From assembly GCF_006345805.1 (NCBI RefSeq), contig NC_042999.1, positions 12,090,001-12,154,000 of the forward strand: a DNA stretch of 64,000 bases, read 5' to 3'. The position numbers and the translations under genes were made by a program. The stretch comes from Octopus sinensis (taxonomy: Eukaryota). The notes under the pieces are model-generated. The model saw only the letters and a list, made by a program, of their open reading frames with translations. It did not search any database and was not told the origin of the DNA. Position 1 is the first letter of the stretch. Each line of letters starts with the position of its first letter. This document shows, piece after piece, positions 52,469 through 64,000 of the stretch.

Positions 52469-53997
52469 CTACAAAATAAAAGAAACGGTTCGCAGAGGAT
52501 TTTACATTTGTGTCAGGTGAAGATTGATTCTTTATTAGAAAACAGAGAAAACAAAAAAAATAATAAATGAGAGAATATTCATTATAAGATGAACGAGAGA
52601 AATGGATGCCACAGACAATAGTTGTTTATTGAAAAAAAGAAAGAAACTCTTATTGTTACTTGATCCTCTAGAGCTGATCTTTATGTGTGTGTAACGAAGG
52701 TTTATGTAAGAAGGTTCTTCTCCCCTCTGACACCAGATCCTTCGAAATCCAAAACAAATAACAACAAAATAGTCAATCTAAATCTGCGATATACTATGAA
52801 TTGAATATTATCCTGACAGCACATATAATGATGGTGGTGGTCATGAGTGACGGTGAGGGTGATGCAGAATAAATAATACTAAAAAAATATATATTTGAAT
52901 ATTATTTTAATGAAATAAACATCATTGAAATAATGGTATAATATATTCAAATTAACAATAACATAATAGGAAATGTAAAATGCATCAAAATAGTGTTGAG
53001 GTGCACATCCAGAGAGAGAGAGAGAGAGAGCTGAACCAGTAATAGGTTGGTGCTCATTATTACAGCTTGGGTAGATAAGAGCGATCCAAAATGCTTGAGG
53101 AGACAAAGGTGTTGCTTGGTCCAGGAATTGAATCAATAACGTTAGGCTTGTGAGTGCAACACCTTAATTACTAGGACACCTTCACTTCAGTAAGATCATC
53201 ACCACCACCACTATTTAACATCCGTTGTTCATGCTGGCATGGGTTGGATGACCCATGGAAAAATAAATCTCTTTGTTACACTGATCATAAAATAAGTTAC
53301 AGTTATAAATTATTTTCTAATTTGTAAAGTTGAAAAACAATATGGATAGACATTAATAAGTTAATAATTTCTATTAAAATATTAATATGTATCTATATAA
53401 AAAAAAAATGTCAAGTCTATCTGAAGTTCACAGAACTCATTTGGCCAGAGATTATCTTCAGTTCTGAAGTGTTTAAGCCTTTTGATCACAACCTACTTGA
53501 GACTACCTTTGGTTCTGTGACACAAACCCTGATTTAAAATTATCTAAAAACTATCCATCAGAAATTTCATGTTAATCTAGGTTCCATAAACCAATTTAAT
53601 AATGACAAAGTTAATTGGCTAAATTCGTTATTTTTCAAAATTAACTGAAACAAAGGAAATGAATTCAAAAGAAATACGGTAACCTAAGGTTTAACAATAA
53701 CTCTGAGCATACAAGAGCCGTGTTGTCGAACAAGATAGCAGCTTGTCATAGTCTTAACCCCCAACTGCCACTGGTACTAATTCCAGCTGAGTAGAATGGA
53801 GGAACATGAAATGAAGTGCTTTGTTTAAGACCAAACAGCAGTGCTTGATCCAACAATTGATCCCCTGACCTAATGATGAAGAACCCCAAGCCCTGACCAG
53901 TGGGCAACATGTCACATCTGTATAGTGTCAACATTTGAAGAAATACTCACCAAGGGCCACAGTTTATCAGACAACTAAGGGATACTAAGATACTTAC

Positions 53998-54023
53998 CAT
54001 GGCCAATCCTGGCTCCCATATCC
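53998..54023 (-). CDS. parvin: Parvin linker micro-exon, 26 bp, phase 2 to phase 1
   Basis: Long pyrimidine tract, then tctgcag|G GAT ATG GGA GCC AGG ATT GGC CAT G|gtaagta. It bridges the phase-2 end of the 59-bp exon and the phase-1 start of the RDAFD exon, giving E-DMGARIGH-V-RDAFD. Confidence 0.8.
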
Positions 54024-54539
54024 CTGCAGAAAGAAGGAAAGAAAAAGAATTAAAAAAAGAAAGAAAAAGATTACAATATCTAAACCTATATACACTACAT
54101 TACCATACTGAGGTAGATTAAATCGAAAACTCTTTGGTAACTCTAAGTCAATGTATTTTCGGTCAGAGATTCGACTTAGTTATGCTCGTGGTTGGTAATA
54201 GATTAATTTTAAAATCTGGGGAAGGAGAGAGAAGTAGAAGATAGTAGGAGGAGAAGTAGCTAAAATCTAAAATTATACAAGTGCATATTAGCATGCATTC
54301 ATGTATATGTTGTGCATCTGCAGGATCTAGTAGATATGTATGTGTGCACGGGCACTTGTATATTTTCATGTGCAGGTGAGATGTGTATGGAGATAGAAAA
54401 GTTATGGAAATTCATAAAGGATAAAGAAAACAGGTGGGAAATATAAAAATAAAAAGTTCAGAAAATGTAAAGCTGGTTAAAAAGTTGTAGTAGAAATCTA
54501 TGCAGAGGAATATCAATTGGGGGCAGGGGAGATAGGGAA

Positions 54540-54791
54540 TGACAGTGTTGTTATTTGTGCTTTGAGAATGTATTGCATAATTTGTGGCAACAAGTAAAAA
54601 TTATGCTATTCCATTCATTCAAACAACCAGTGGATTGCACAATGGAGAAGACTTTGGTGATGCAGAGATCACACTAGTTGTTATAGCAGGTACACAGTTC
54701 AGCATGGGTGACTATGAACCACTTCAGATAATAAGGAATTGATACATGCAGAAGTTTGTGGATTAACTGAGATAAAGAAGTGCTGCATGAG

Positions 54792-54822
<31 letters not shown>

Positions 54823-55560
54823 TCATTGTTCGACCGTGGTCGAGACAATGGAATTTACTATGTTATGCCAGACCTCACGGTCCATCATAGCATTACGGAG
54901 GTCCTGTTGCTGGATGCCTGTATCCCTGGAGATTACATCAGGGTAGGAGAGTGCGTGCCTTCTAGTATCGTGAGCAGATGGCTTCCAAAGGAGAAGAGTA
55001 GAAATTGCCTCGTTTTCAGCTCTACAACAATGTCCAGCAAACTGGACTCTTCTACCTTTCACAAGAGATGACACAGGTGGTAATTTCCCATATATTTGTA
55101 CTTTGGTTGGATGATGCTTCCACGAGAGATTTTGAGCTCTCATAAGGAGGCGAGTGTAAGCTAATACTATGCATTTGTAAACAATGTCTTTAGTAAGACA
55201 ACAATTATCTAAGGGACAGGAGGTTGGGCGTTTGCAGGGGGGTGCAGGGTGATTGTTATTGGTGCTATGTTCATTATCTGTAGCAGCATTAGAAATGGTA
55301 TTTATTTAGGGAATTGAGGGAGACGTCAGTGGGATGTAGTTTATGGTAGCTTTCATGTCTAAGGGTATTATCACTGTTGTTCTTTATTTCTGTATTTAGG
55401 TATATTTGGGTTGTGAGGTAAGTTTACAGTACAGGTGTTAGTAATAGACTTAGAATAGGAGGTATGAGGGTCAGTGTTTGTAAAGAGGTTCGTGGGTATG
55501 GGGGTTAGGGTGAGATTTGCAATTATGATAAAGGTTAGTTAATTGTAGGTTTCTAAGTTT
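54540..55560 (-). mobile_element. Highly degenerate Penelope-like element (GIY-YIG region) in a parvin intron, split by an RTE fragment
   Basis: Minus frame CKRPTSCPLDNCCLTKDIVYKCIV (55164-55236) and YNN*CDLCITKVFSIV...LNEWNSIIFTCCHK (54581-54685) match the CxCxxxxCPLxxxCL...IVY and C.LC...LN...C.H patterns of PLE endonuclease regions. Outer boundaries are approximate. Confidence 0.6.
54790..55150 (-). mobile_element. 3' end of an RTE/RTE-X-type LINE
   Basis: ORF KVQIYGKLPPVSSLVKGRRVQFAGHCCRAENEAISTLLLWKP...SYPDVISRDTG...AMMDREVW ends at 54823, followed by a short UTR and an (AT)n tail. Confidence 0.8.
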
Positions 55561-56424
55561 TTTGTTGTTAAGATGTTAGATTACCCCAGCAATGGTGGTG
55601 GTGGTGGTGGAGTAGGAGAATCTTATAGATTGGGGGTTAAAGGTTTTTCTAATGGGGCTGGACTTAGGGAAATATTAGGGAGAGATATACACACACACAC
55701 CTCTGAGTGTTGTCTGCTGGAAGAAAGAGTATTGAACACCATAGTAAAGATTAAGACTTTGTCTCAACACATTGACTCAACCAACACACACACACACACA
55801 CACACACACACATTACACTTACATCAAATACACAAGTACACACACATGTACATGCATTCAAACTCAGATACATTTTCATTTCTTCTATTTTTTTTTTTTT
55901 TTTTAACATTCTTAAATTCTTTACTTAAAAAGATTAAGAGAATACATTGGAGATAAACTAAATCAACAATGGCAATGAATTTTTAATATTTGATGTTCTG
56001 AAAGCAAGAAATATGTATTTTAATAGAAGACTTAAAATAACCACACACACACACACAGACAGACAGACAGACGACACACACACACAGACAGAGGAAATCT
56101 TTACAGAAAGTTACGCTTTAGTTGTTGTTAATTGTTTGTTTGACTTGAGCGTTAGTGTATACATCAAAAATAATAAACAATTTTACGTAATGAAAGAAAT
56201 GAATAAAATAGAATTCACCTTCCAAATCTGTGCTCGAGTTTCCATGAAAAGAAAGATACAATGATACTACTACTAATAATAATAATAATACTAGTAATAT
56301 GTTGTCTTCCAAATGGGCTGACATGCATTTCCCTTTGATGAGATGTTTATGATAAGAATGGAAATACGAGGAAAGACAAATATATGAGAGAGAGGGGAGG
56401 GGAGAATGAGAGAGATTAGTGAGT

Positions 56425-56456
<32 letters not shown>

Positions 56457-56559
56457 AGGGGCGAGGGAGATTGGTGAGAGAGACAATACTAATTATAGTT
56501 TAGAGTGAAATATTTTATTATTAATATAACTGGACTGGGTGTACAACAATCATTGTTAT

Positions 56560-57300
56560 TCATTTATATCATTGCCAAGAGCTGGCCATGCTTCATGGTA
56601 TGGTTTCTACAGCTGGCTGCCCTTCCTAACACCAACCACTTTACAGAGTGCTCCACCGGTCGGGGTGCTTTTTACCTGCAAGGTTAAGAATGTTCAGTGG
56701 GAGAGGGATGCAGGGGGACAAGCTTGTATGCAAGAACAACCGTGCTCTCACTTAGCAGGATTGTCTTCTCAAGCAGAGCAAACCATCAGGAATTTCAGTC
56801 CCTTGTCACCCTCTCTGTGAGTCCCAGCATCTGTAGATTCTTCCTCATCACTTTGTCCCACCTCTTCCTGGGTCTACTCCTTCCACATGTTCCCTCTACA
56901 ATTAGAGATCAGCACCTCTCGATGCAATGGTCTTCATGCATGCTACATCTGATGTCTTGCAGTCCCAGTTTTTCTCTCTCAAATCACACTCTGTCGTATA
57001 CACACACTGACATTACCCATTCAGTGCAGCAGACCAGCTTCATTTCTTTCAAGCCTTTGCATGTCCTCAACAGTCACAGCCCACACCTCATTGCCATGTA
57101 GCATAGCTGTTTGTGCACAGGCACCATACAATCTGCCTTTTCACTCTGAGGGAGAGGCCCTTCATTACTAACAGACATAGTAACTCTCTGAACTTCACCC
57201 AACCTATTCTTATTGTAGCAGCTCCACTTTCAGAACAACCTTCCTCACTAACTTGGCCATTGAAGTAACAGAAATTGTCTACTACTTCTAAGGATTCCCC
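56560..57300 (-). mobile_element. RTE LINE 3' end (RT C-terminus contiguous with 3' UTR)
   Basis: Minus frames give ESLEVVDNFCY...RIGWVKFRELL.LL..KGLSLRVK and TWDKVMRKNLQMLGLTE, running straight into the gtgcttgagaagac / ttaggaagggcagccagctgtagaaac UTR sequence shared with the many (CAT)n-flanked repeats. Confidence 0.8.
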
Positions 57301-57395
57301 CTGACATTTGAAGGAGTCGGGTTTTTTTTCCTACATTCCTCGTGTTTAATGTACTTACACATCTGCCACATGTATGTATATATCATGAGGATGAT

Positions 57396-57441
<46 letters not shown>

Positions 57442-60400
57442 CATCATCATCATTTAACGTCTGCTTTCCATGCTAGCATATATTTATTTGTTTACATTCA
57501 CACACAAACAGCTCCCTGGTAAATCCTTTTTATTTCAGAAATAGATGTTCTTCGTAATGAATCAATTTTGACTGGTTTTAACCCACACCAATGAAGCAGC
57601 TACTCTGATGGAGAGAGACGTTCACCATGGGCCCAATCTATCAGACAGTGGCTCTTTTAAAACATTTAACTATAACAAATGACACAGTTTATAAGAGAGT
57701 TAAGTTGACATTTTGCAATAAATCCAGTTAAAAATGAAAACAGATGAGAAGTAGTGATTGTGGTGGGTGATGAGTTATTGGTGAAAACTGTTAAAAAATC
57801 CAGTTGAAGTTTGGAGCAAGACAGTTGACCAAAAGATGAAGAAAGTAGACCAGTTACTTCAATAGGTAAGAGATGGTATAATCAAAGAAATGTTCTTACC
57901 CATCATCTAGTAGTTCTCTGAAATTGTATTTAATACAGGGGTATTTTGTATTTAATATAGCATTAAAATGGAAGAAAATAAATTATTATGTAATTAATTA
58001 AATCAATTATTTTTAATTATCATGTTGCCCTCACACAATATGTGGCTCCAGAAACATGAATATGAAGTCAAGATTTTATGAATTCTTTCAAATGTTTCAG
58101 TTTTAGGTGAGAAAAAAAAACCAAATAAATGTTTTAATAAATTTGTAATTAATAAAACTGAGATGTTTACATAAATGAATACCTGAATGAATGGAATATT
58201 TTAAAATTAAAATTCAAACAAATATGGAAATATGATCCTGGCCCATAAAGTGATAAATACATAATCTGGCAGTAAGCACCTTTTATCGTTTTTCCACAAG
58301 GCGAAAATTGTAAATTTGTAAAAAAAAAAAAAAGGGGGGGGGGAAACAATATACCTCACATTACACTTTTAATTTGAATTTCTCGAAATAATATTTCTGT
58401 CGGCAAATAATGAAATCTCATTGAAGCAGAGAAAGAAATGTACAAGGGGCATAACCCAGCACAGTAATTATTTTATAAGTTGCTTCCCTTGAACATTTTT
58501 TTCCCCCCTTTTCTTTTTACTCAAAATAAAAATTAGGATCTAAACTTAAAATTTGATGACTTTACACTTGAACTGTCGCCGAATTTATCGTTCGTGGGAA
58601 AAAAATCATTCATTGATTTATTTTAATCTTTTAGATGTCCTACTGCTCAAATAAGAACTGAAAGAGCATCAAATTAAAAATGCCACCACTGGAAGACAAC
58701 CTGGTTTTCTGTCTGAAGAGAAAATCTCTTCATAAGCAAATCTATATCAGAGCAGGGCAAACACTGTCCCAGCAGAGATTCGCGAAAACGTCAGACGTAG
58801 GATTCTTTTTCTTTTTTTTTTATCCTTCTTGGGATGAAATGATCTCATACACAGATGGTCTAAAAAAAAAATTATTTAATTCCACCTGAAGTATATTTAT
58901 TCCAGAATACATTCAATATGTGATCATTTTTTCATGTCCAAATGACTAGATATAAAACTCCTATTTTTGAAGAACAGCTTCATAGACAATCTTCCAACAG
59001 TTCTGAAGGACTCTTACAGTCTAATTCTGAGATAACTAAACTACTAACGAGAGCCACATAGTAATGAAATCTGAGATGAATTTGACTGATTGCATTCTCC
59101 TTAAGCCATGTAAAATATTTCAGGCATTTAATCATTCCTTGCTGTGAAGCTGGTATGGTTAATGGTTTCCCTCAGACCCAGGGGCTGTTGATTTCTCGAT
59201 AATGTAGCAAACTGCTGTTCAGTGTGACATCCCTTCTCCATTTGGAACTCTAAGAAATTGTGTTTGGTAATAGATGTAATCTTGTTGAATTCAGATATCT
59301 TCCAGGCATTAAAGGAGAGTATTTTAACCTGACTGCTACATTCTCTACAGCTATGCCTTTGAACAGTTCCATAGAAATGTTGGCCATTTCATTTTCTTCT
59401 TAGTATTATACTGTAAAGAGTCAACATATCCCTCGTTTATTACCATTCCTTTAACACTGATTCTTCCATGTTTGCCTGATTTGCAGAGGGAGCGAGTGGA
59501 CCCGTTTACAATCCCCTGCAACCCCATGATCTTTAAGGATCACAGGTTCTTGTAAACATGAAAGTACACTTGGATAGCGTTGGGGAGATATGTTCTAGAC
59601 AAAGATTGATTCTGAACAAGAAGAATCTCATTACAGATTCTAGAAGAATGTTGACCAAGAATAGAATGGTTACTGCAGATACAAGCATGTATAATTCTAC
59701 CAATTAGAAAAGCCATAATCTTGAAATACAAACCACCACCAACAACTGAACAGGTTTTATACAGACATTCGAGTAACAAATAAACTCATAAACATAGGAA
59801 CCAACATTTCAAACATATAATAAGGCATGGCTGTGTGGTAAGAGGCTTGCTTCCCAACCACATGGTTCTGGGTTCAGTCCCACTGAGTGGCATCTTGGGC
59901 AAGTGTCCTTTACTATAGCCTTGGGCTGATCAAAGCCTAGTAAGTGAATCTGGTAGACGGAAACTGAAAGAAGCCCATCGTGTATATATGTGTTTGTCCC
60001 ACCACCACTGCTTGACAACTGGTGTTGGTGGGTTTACTCCCGCATAACTTAGCAATTCAGCAAAAAGAAACCGATAGAATAAGTACCAGACTTAAAAGTG
60101 GTACCCTAGCATGGCCACGGTCTAAAGATTGAAACAAGTAAATCATAAAAGATACATATTGTCATAAGAGCGAATCTAAGATTTGAATTCATTTTTCTGT
60201 AAATGCTGTTTTCTTCCTATGTGGCTTAGTTAAGTTGAGAGTGGCAAAGACAAGTGGATAAGGGTTAGATATTCAAGTGACAGGCAGGTTTCAATCCCAG
60301 TTGAAGCCATTTCATGTCACTTATGTCAGCACTCTTAATACACGAACCTCACAGTTAGCATCCCACACTCCCAAACATAGTACTTTATGTGGAAAATAAA

Positions 60401-60970
60401 TTAATAAGATATTATCATGGTAAATAACAGAAGAACTATTCTCCAAAAAATCTGAGTCTGCAATGAAGCTTTCAATATTGGGAAAAAAACCTCATTGTAG
60501 TTATTATTGTCAGTATTCTAAGAAAAAGCAAAGCATGTCTAACACTGCTTCTTGTTGCTTCTACCCAACAAAATTCAAACTTTTTATCAGAAAATAATAC
60601 AAAACTAAACAAATACTGATTGATTAACTAGAAAAATATTCCTCACAATCTACAGAATTTATATTGAAAAAACATGAATTGCTGAAAAAGAGAATCCTTA
60701 ATAAATCTTCCTGAAAATGGTTGTTGTAGTCAATGTAAGGCAGAAGCATTCAAATAAGCTGACAATCGCTCAAAATGAAATTAAACAGAGGACAATAATT
60801 AGTTTGACAATTCATATTTGATTTGCTTGTTTTTTCCAATTTGAATTCATGACTTTACAGTCTAGACTGGATAATACTAACTAGGAGTATAATAAACTCT
60901 TTGTTATCAAATATTGCTATATCTATTACTGAAGTGGAAAAAAAGAGAAAGATTTATAATACAAACTTAC

Positions 60971-61029
60971 TCATGAGAACTAGTAATTTCAACTTTCACT
61001 TTCCTTGTATTCAGTGCCTTTCCACATTT
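60971..61029 (-). CDS. parvin: Parvin internal exon (CH1-CH2 linker), 59 bp, phase 0 to phase 2
   Basis: cattttag-type acceptor (tttttag|AAA TGT...CAT GA|gtaagt). Encodes KCGKALNTRKVKVEITSSH(E), the positional equivalent of KREGILQSRQIQEEITGNTE. Phases fit both neighbours. Confidence 0.85.
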
Positions 61030-61510
61030 CTAAAAATGAAAAAGAATAGAAAAGAATCAATTACTAAATTACTGATGAACGATGATGATGATGATATGCA
61101 ATAAAACAGGACAGAGCAGAGACAAACTGCCGTATTTCACACAGCCACTGGTGTGGTGCTAGTAATGTTAGGGCAGGGGGTAATGATGTCTTCATGAGGT
61201 GCTTTAGTGCTTTTGTTGTTTTTTTTAACTTACCACAATGATTTGGACCATTGTACAGCATAGGTTTGTTGTTGAAACATTTGTCAAACTGTAATGTGGA
61301 ATGTTTGGTGGGGGGGGGGCACTCCCTATATAGAAACTATTCACTCATAAGACTTTGGTCAGCTTGGGGTTATAGTAATAGTCACTTATCCAAGGTACCA
61401 CACAATGGAATTGAACCTGAAACTACATGGTTGGGAAGCCAACTCCTTGACCTATGAAATGTCCTGCAGAAAAATGAATAATGACAAGAAAGAAAATGTT
61501 CTGAACTTAC

Positions 61511-61626
61511 TTGAACCACTAAAACTGTAACAGCCACATTGTCAGGAAGACGGATGGGAGCATGAAAGAATCGGGCCAAGGCAACCAGCAGATGAAGTAT
61601 AGCAGCCAAATTCTTAGAGTGGATAC
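61511..61626 (-). CDS. parvin: Parvin internal exon (end of CH1), 116 bp, phase 1 to phase 0
   Basis: cattgtag|GT ATC CAC...GTT CAA|gtaagt. Encodes (S)IHSKNLAAILHLLVALARFFHAPIRLPDNVAVTVLVVQ, compare vertebrate parvin VHAKSLVAILHLLVALSQYFRAPIRLPDHVSIQVVVVQ. Phase joins the previous exon (A+GT=Ser). Confidence 0.95.
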
Positions 61627-63339
61627 CTACAATGAAGTGACACGACTTTTTAATAGAGTCAACTCACAAAATACCTCAAGTCAATTTCAGTAATGACCAA
61701 TCATTGTATGTTGTTACTTTTTTTCTCTTTTTTTTTTATTAATTTTCAGATAAAGCTTAATCCCTAACAATAACAGGGCAGGCAGATAAGCCTGCCATAT
61801 TTCTACTAAATCGAACAAAAGTCCAATCTCACCAAGGGCATGTCTGTGTGTACACGTATATACTTGGCTCTATTCACATTCAAATATATTAGAACAATCC
61901 TAAATGATACACCTGTTCACCGAAATAGGACAACTTTAACATGAAATAACTTTGTAAATATAAGTTTTTCTCAAAAATGCTAAGAGTAAAAGATATTTTA
62001 TATGACACATTCTACCAGTGTCCGAAGTTTGAAAGTGTTTAGTTACAAAAATTATTTTTTAAATCTGTAGGTCAAAAAGTAAAGATCACATTTTTTTTTT
62101 TAGAGAATTGTTTTGCAAATCTTTCATTTGAAATAAAGAATAAAAATAACTTTCATATTATTTCTATTTTAATGAGGTTTTTTTAATGCATCAATAAAAT
62201 ACTTATTACGTAAACAGGTGATAAGATAGGAATGGTATCTAGTTTTCAGTAAGGTGGAAGAAGGTAAATGAGTCATGTGTTTTATTTTATGAGACAGTAT
62301 GCCTCATCATTATCATTTAATATCTGTCTTCGATGCTGGCATGGGTTGGACAGTTCAACAGGTTCCAACTAATCAGGGGTCTGCATCGGGTTCCAATATC
62401 TGTTTTGGCAATGTTTCTACCACTGGATACCCTTCCTAATGTCAACCTGTACAGGGCATTTTTTTCTATGGTAACAAGGATTAAAGGGGTTTGAAATGTT
62501 TCCACTGATGGATGCTTGTCTCAATGTGAATCCCTCGACAGTGAAGTAAGACTGAGAGGAGTCTGTCAATTATGGACAGCTAAAAGAAGGTAGGGGAACT
62601 CCAATAGTATAAACAAAACAGAAATTCCTCTCACAAACTGGGGCTCAATAGAACAATCTAGAAAGTAGTATTATTAAAACATGGCAGAGTTGTTGAAAGG
62701 GTCAGAAAGTCTTGTGACATTTGTTGAAATTCTCTGCATTTGAGTTCAAATCTGACTGAGGTCAGCATCACTTTTCATCCTTTCAGGTGTGATTAAAAAA
62801 GGATCAAAGGCAGCAACACCTGGCAGAATCATTAGCATGTGGAACAAAATGCTAAGTGACATTTCATCCATCTTTACAGTCTGAGTTCAAATCCCATCAA
62901 AGTCTTCTTTGTCTTTTTTGGGATCAATAAGATAAGCCCCAATTGATCACTGAGGTCGATGTAATCAATTAGCACCCCCCCTCAAAATTGCTGGCCTTGT
63001 GCTTAATGTAGAAAAGATTTAGAATGGTAGGAGTCTTGTGTGGTGGATTGTCAGACTTATTAGTTCGTTTCACAGGGTGTTTTGTGGTATCCCCCTTCTA
63101 CCTTGGTACATTCACCGCTGAAATCTCACTGCATCACCAGAAGATGGTGACACACGTATCAGACAGAATCAGCAGTTTGGGAAACAAATAGAAAAATATT
63201 TTCTTGGGTTTGATCAGCAGACTTACTGCCAGCATTATTACTAAACCGTGAAAAATAATCTTTACATCATGACAAAATTTATCTGTGAAAAACATTAACA
63301 AAATTAAAAATATATCTCAGTGATAAGACCCCAACTTAC

Positions 63340-63492
63340 TATCAACACTCCAATGAAGTTCATCGTGATTGGCAGGATCAATCTGAAAGATTTCATTATT
63401 GAGAACATCAAGAACAATGCGTAACTTATGTTTCTGACCGATTTCCGACTGAGTTACCTCAGGAACCTGAATTTTGATGTTGGCTAGTTTTT
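63340..63492 (-). CDS. parvin: Parvin internal exon (CH1 domain), 153 bp, phase 1 to phase 1
   Basis: Minus strand ...tttaacag|AA AAA CTA GCC...GTT GAT A|gtaagt. Encodes (E)KLANIKIQVPEVTQSEIGQKHKLRIVLDVLNNEIFQIDPANHDELHWSVD(S), matching the parvin motif EVTQSEIxQKxKL...W(N/S)VDS. Confidence 0.95.
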
Positions 63493-64000
63493 CTGTTAAA
63501 GAGAGAATATAAAAAAAAAGGGGGTTAATTTTTTGCACATAGACAAAACTAATGAAATATAAAATTGTTAAATAGTTTCAAATGAAATGTTAACAATATA
63601 TTTAAAATGGTATTTTTGAATTAGTTTAAAAAATATCAAAATAAAATTAATTTCCAAATAGAATGATTTGATTTTGATATAAATTATGAAGATTTACTCA
63701 CTGGAATTACAGAAGAACTAGCAGACATTTCTCATTAACAAGAGTCTAAATACCTTAAATTAACCAAAGTGGACATATATACATACGTGTACATGCACAC
63801 ATGCTGCAAAAGCAGGCACAACCTTTTTTATTTAGTGATAAAGGATGTTCAAATTGAACTCATTCGTAGAGTAACGTTTCTTCTAGAGTAAATCTTCCTC
63901 TTCTTCCTGTTCTTTGTTGCAGGCAGCAAATAATGAGTTCCAAGCAGAAATAACATTTCAGCCATCACTGAGTTGTTGATGAAGGAGGGATGTCAAGAAG

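Noticed and set aside
58980-59420. Possible LINE RT remnant
   Set aside because: Only vague motif resemblance across broken frames; cannot be assigned.

Overview
AT-rich, repeat-dense animal genomic DNA. The SINE/RTE/MITE families and microsatellite load are most consistent with an octopus or other coleoid cephalopod (inferred from recognised repeat families, not searched). The only host gene I can support is a parvin (actopaxin family, two CH domains) on the minus strand. Seven internal coding exons lie between 63492 and 50086, all with AG/GT sites and consistent phases. The 5' exons lie beyond the window, and I could not find the exon(s) encoding the C-terminal ~50 aa. The rest is transposon debris: three near full-length dead mariner elements (one nested in a fourth, internally deleted mariner), two Penelope-like element (PLE) fragments, CR1- and RTE-clade LINE fragments, many RTE 3' tails, tRNA-derived SINEs, TTAA-flanked MITEs, a 30 x 28-bp minisatellite and many microsatellites. 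The most unusual signal is a set of hammerhead-ribozyme-like cores: two separate 200-270 bp fold-back elements (~20.2-20.45 kb and ~26.7-26.9 kb) carry a core on each arm reading outward from the centre, and a decayed core sits at the end of the 24.4-25.6 kb PLE. All alignments and identities were done by eye.
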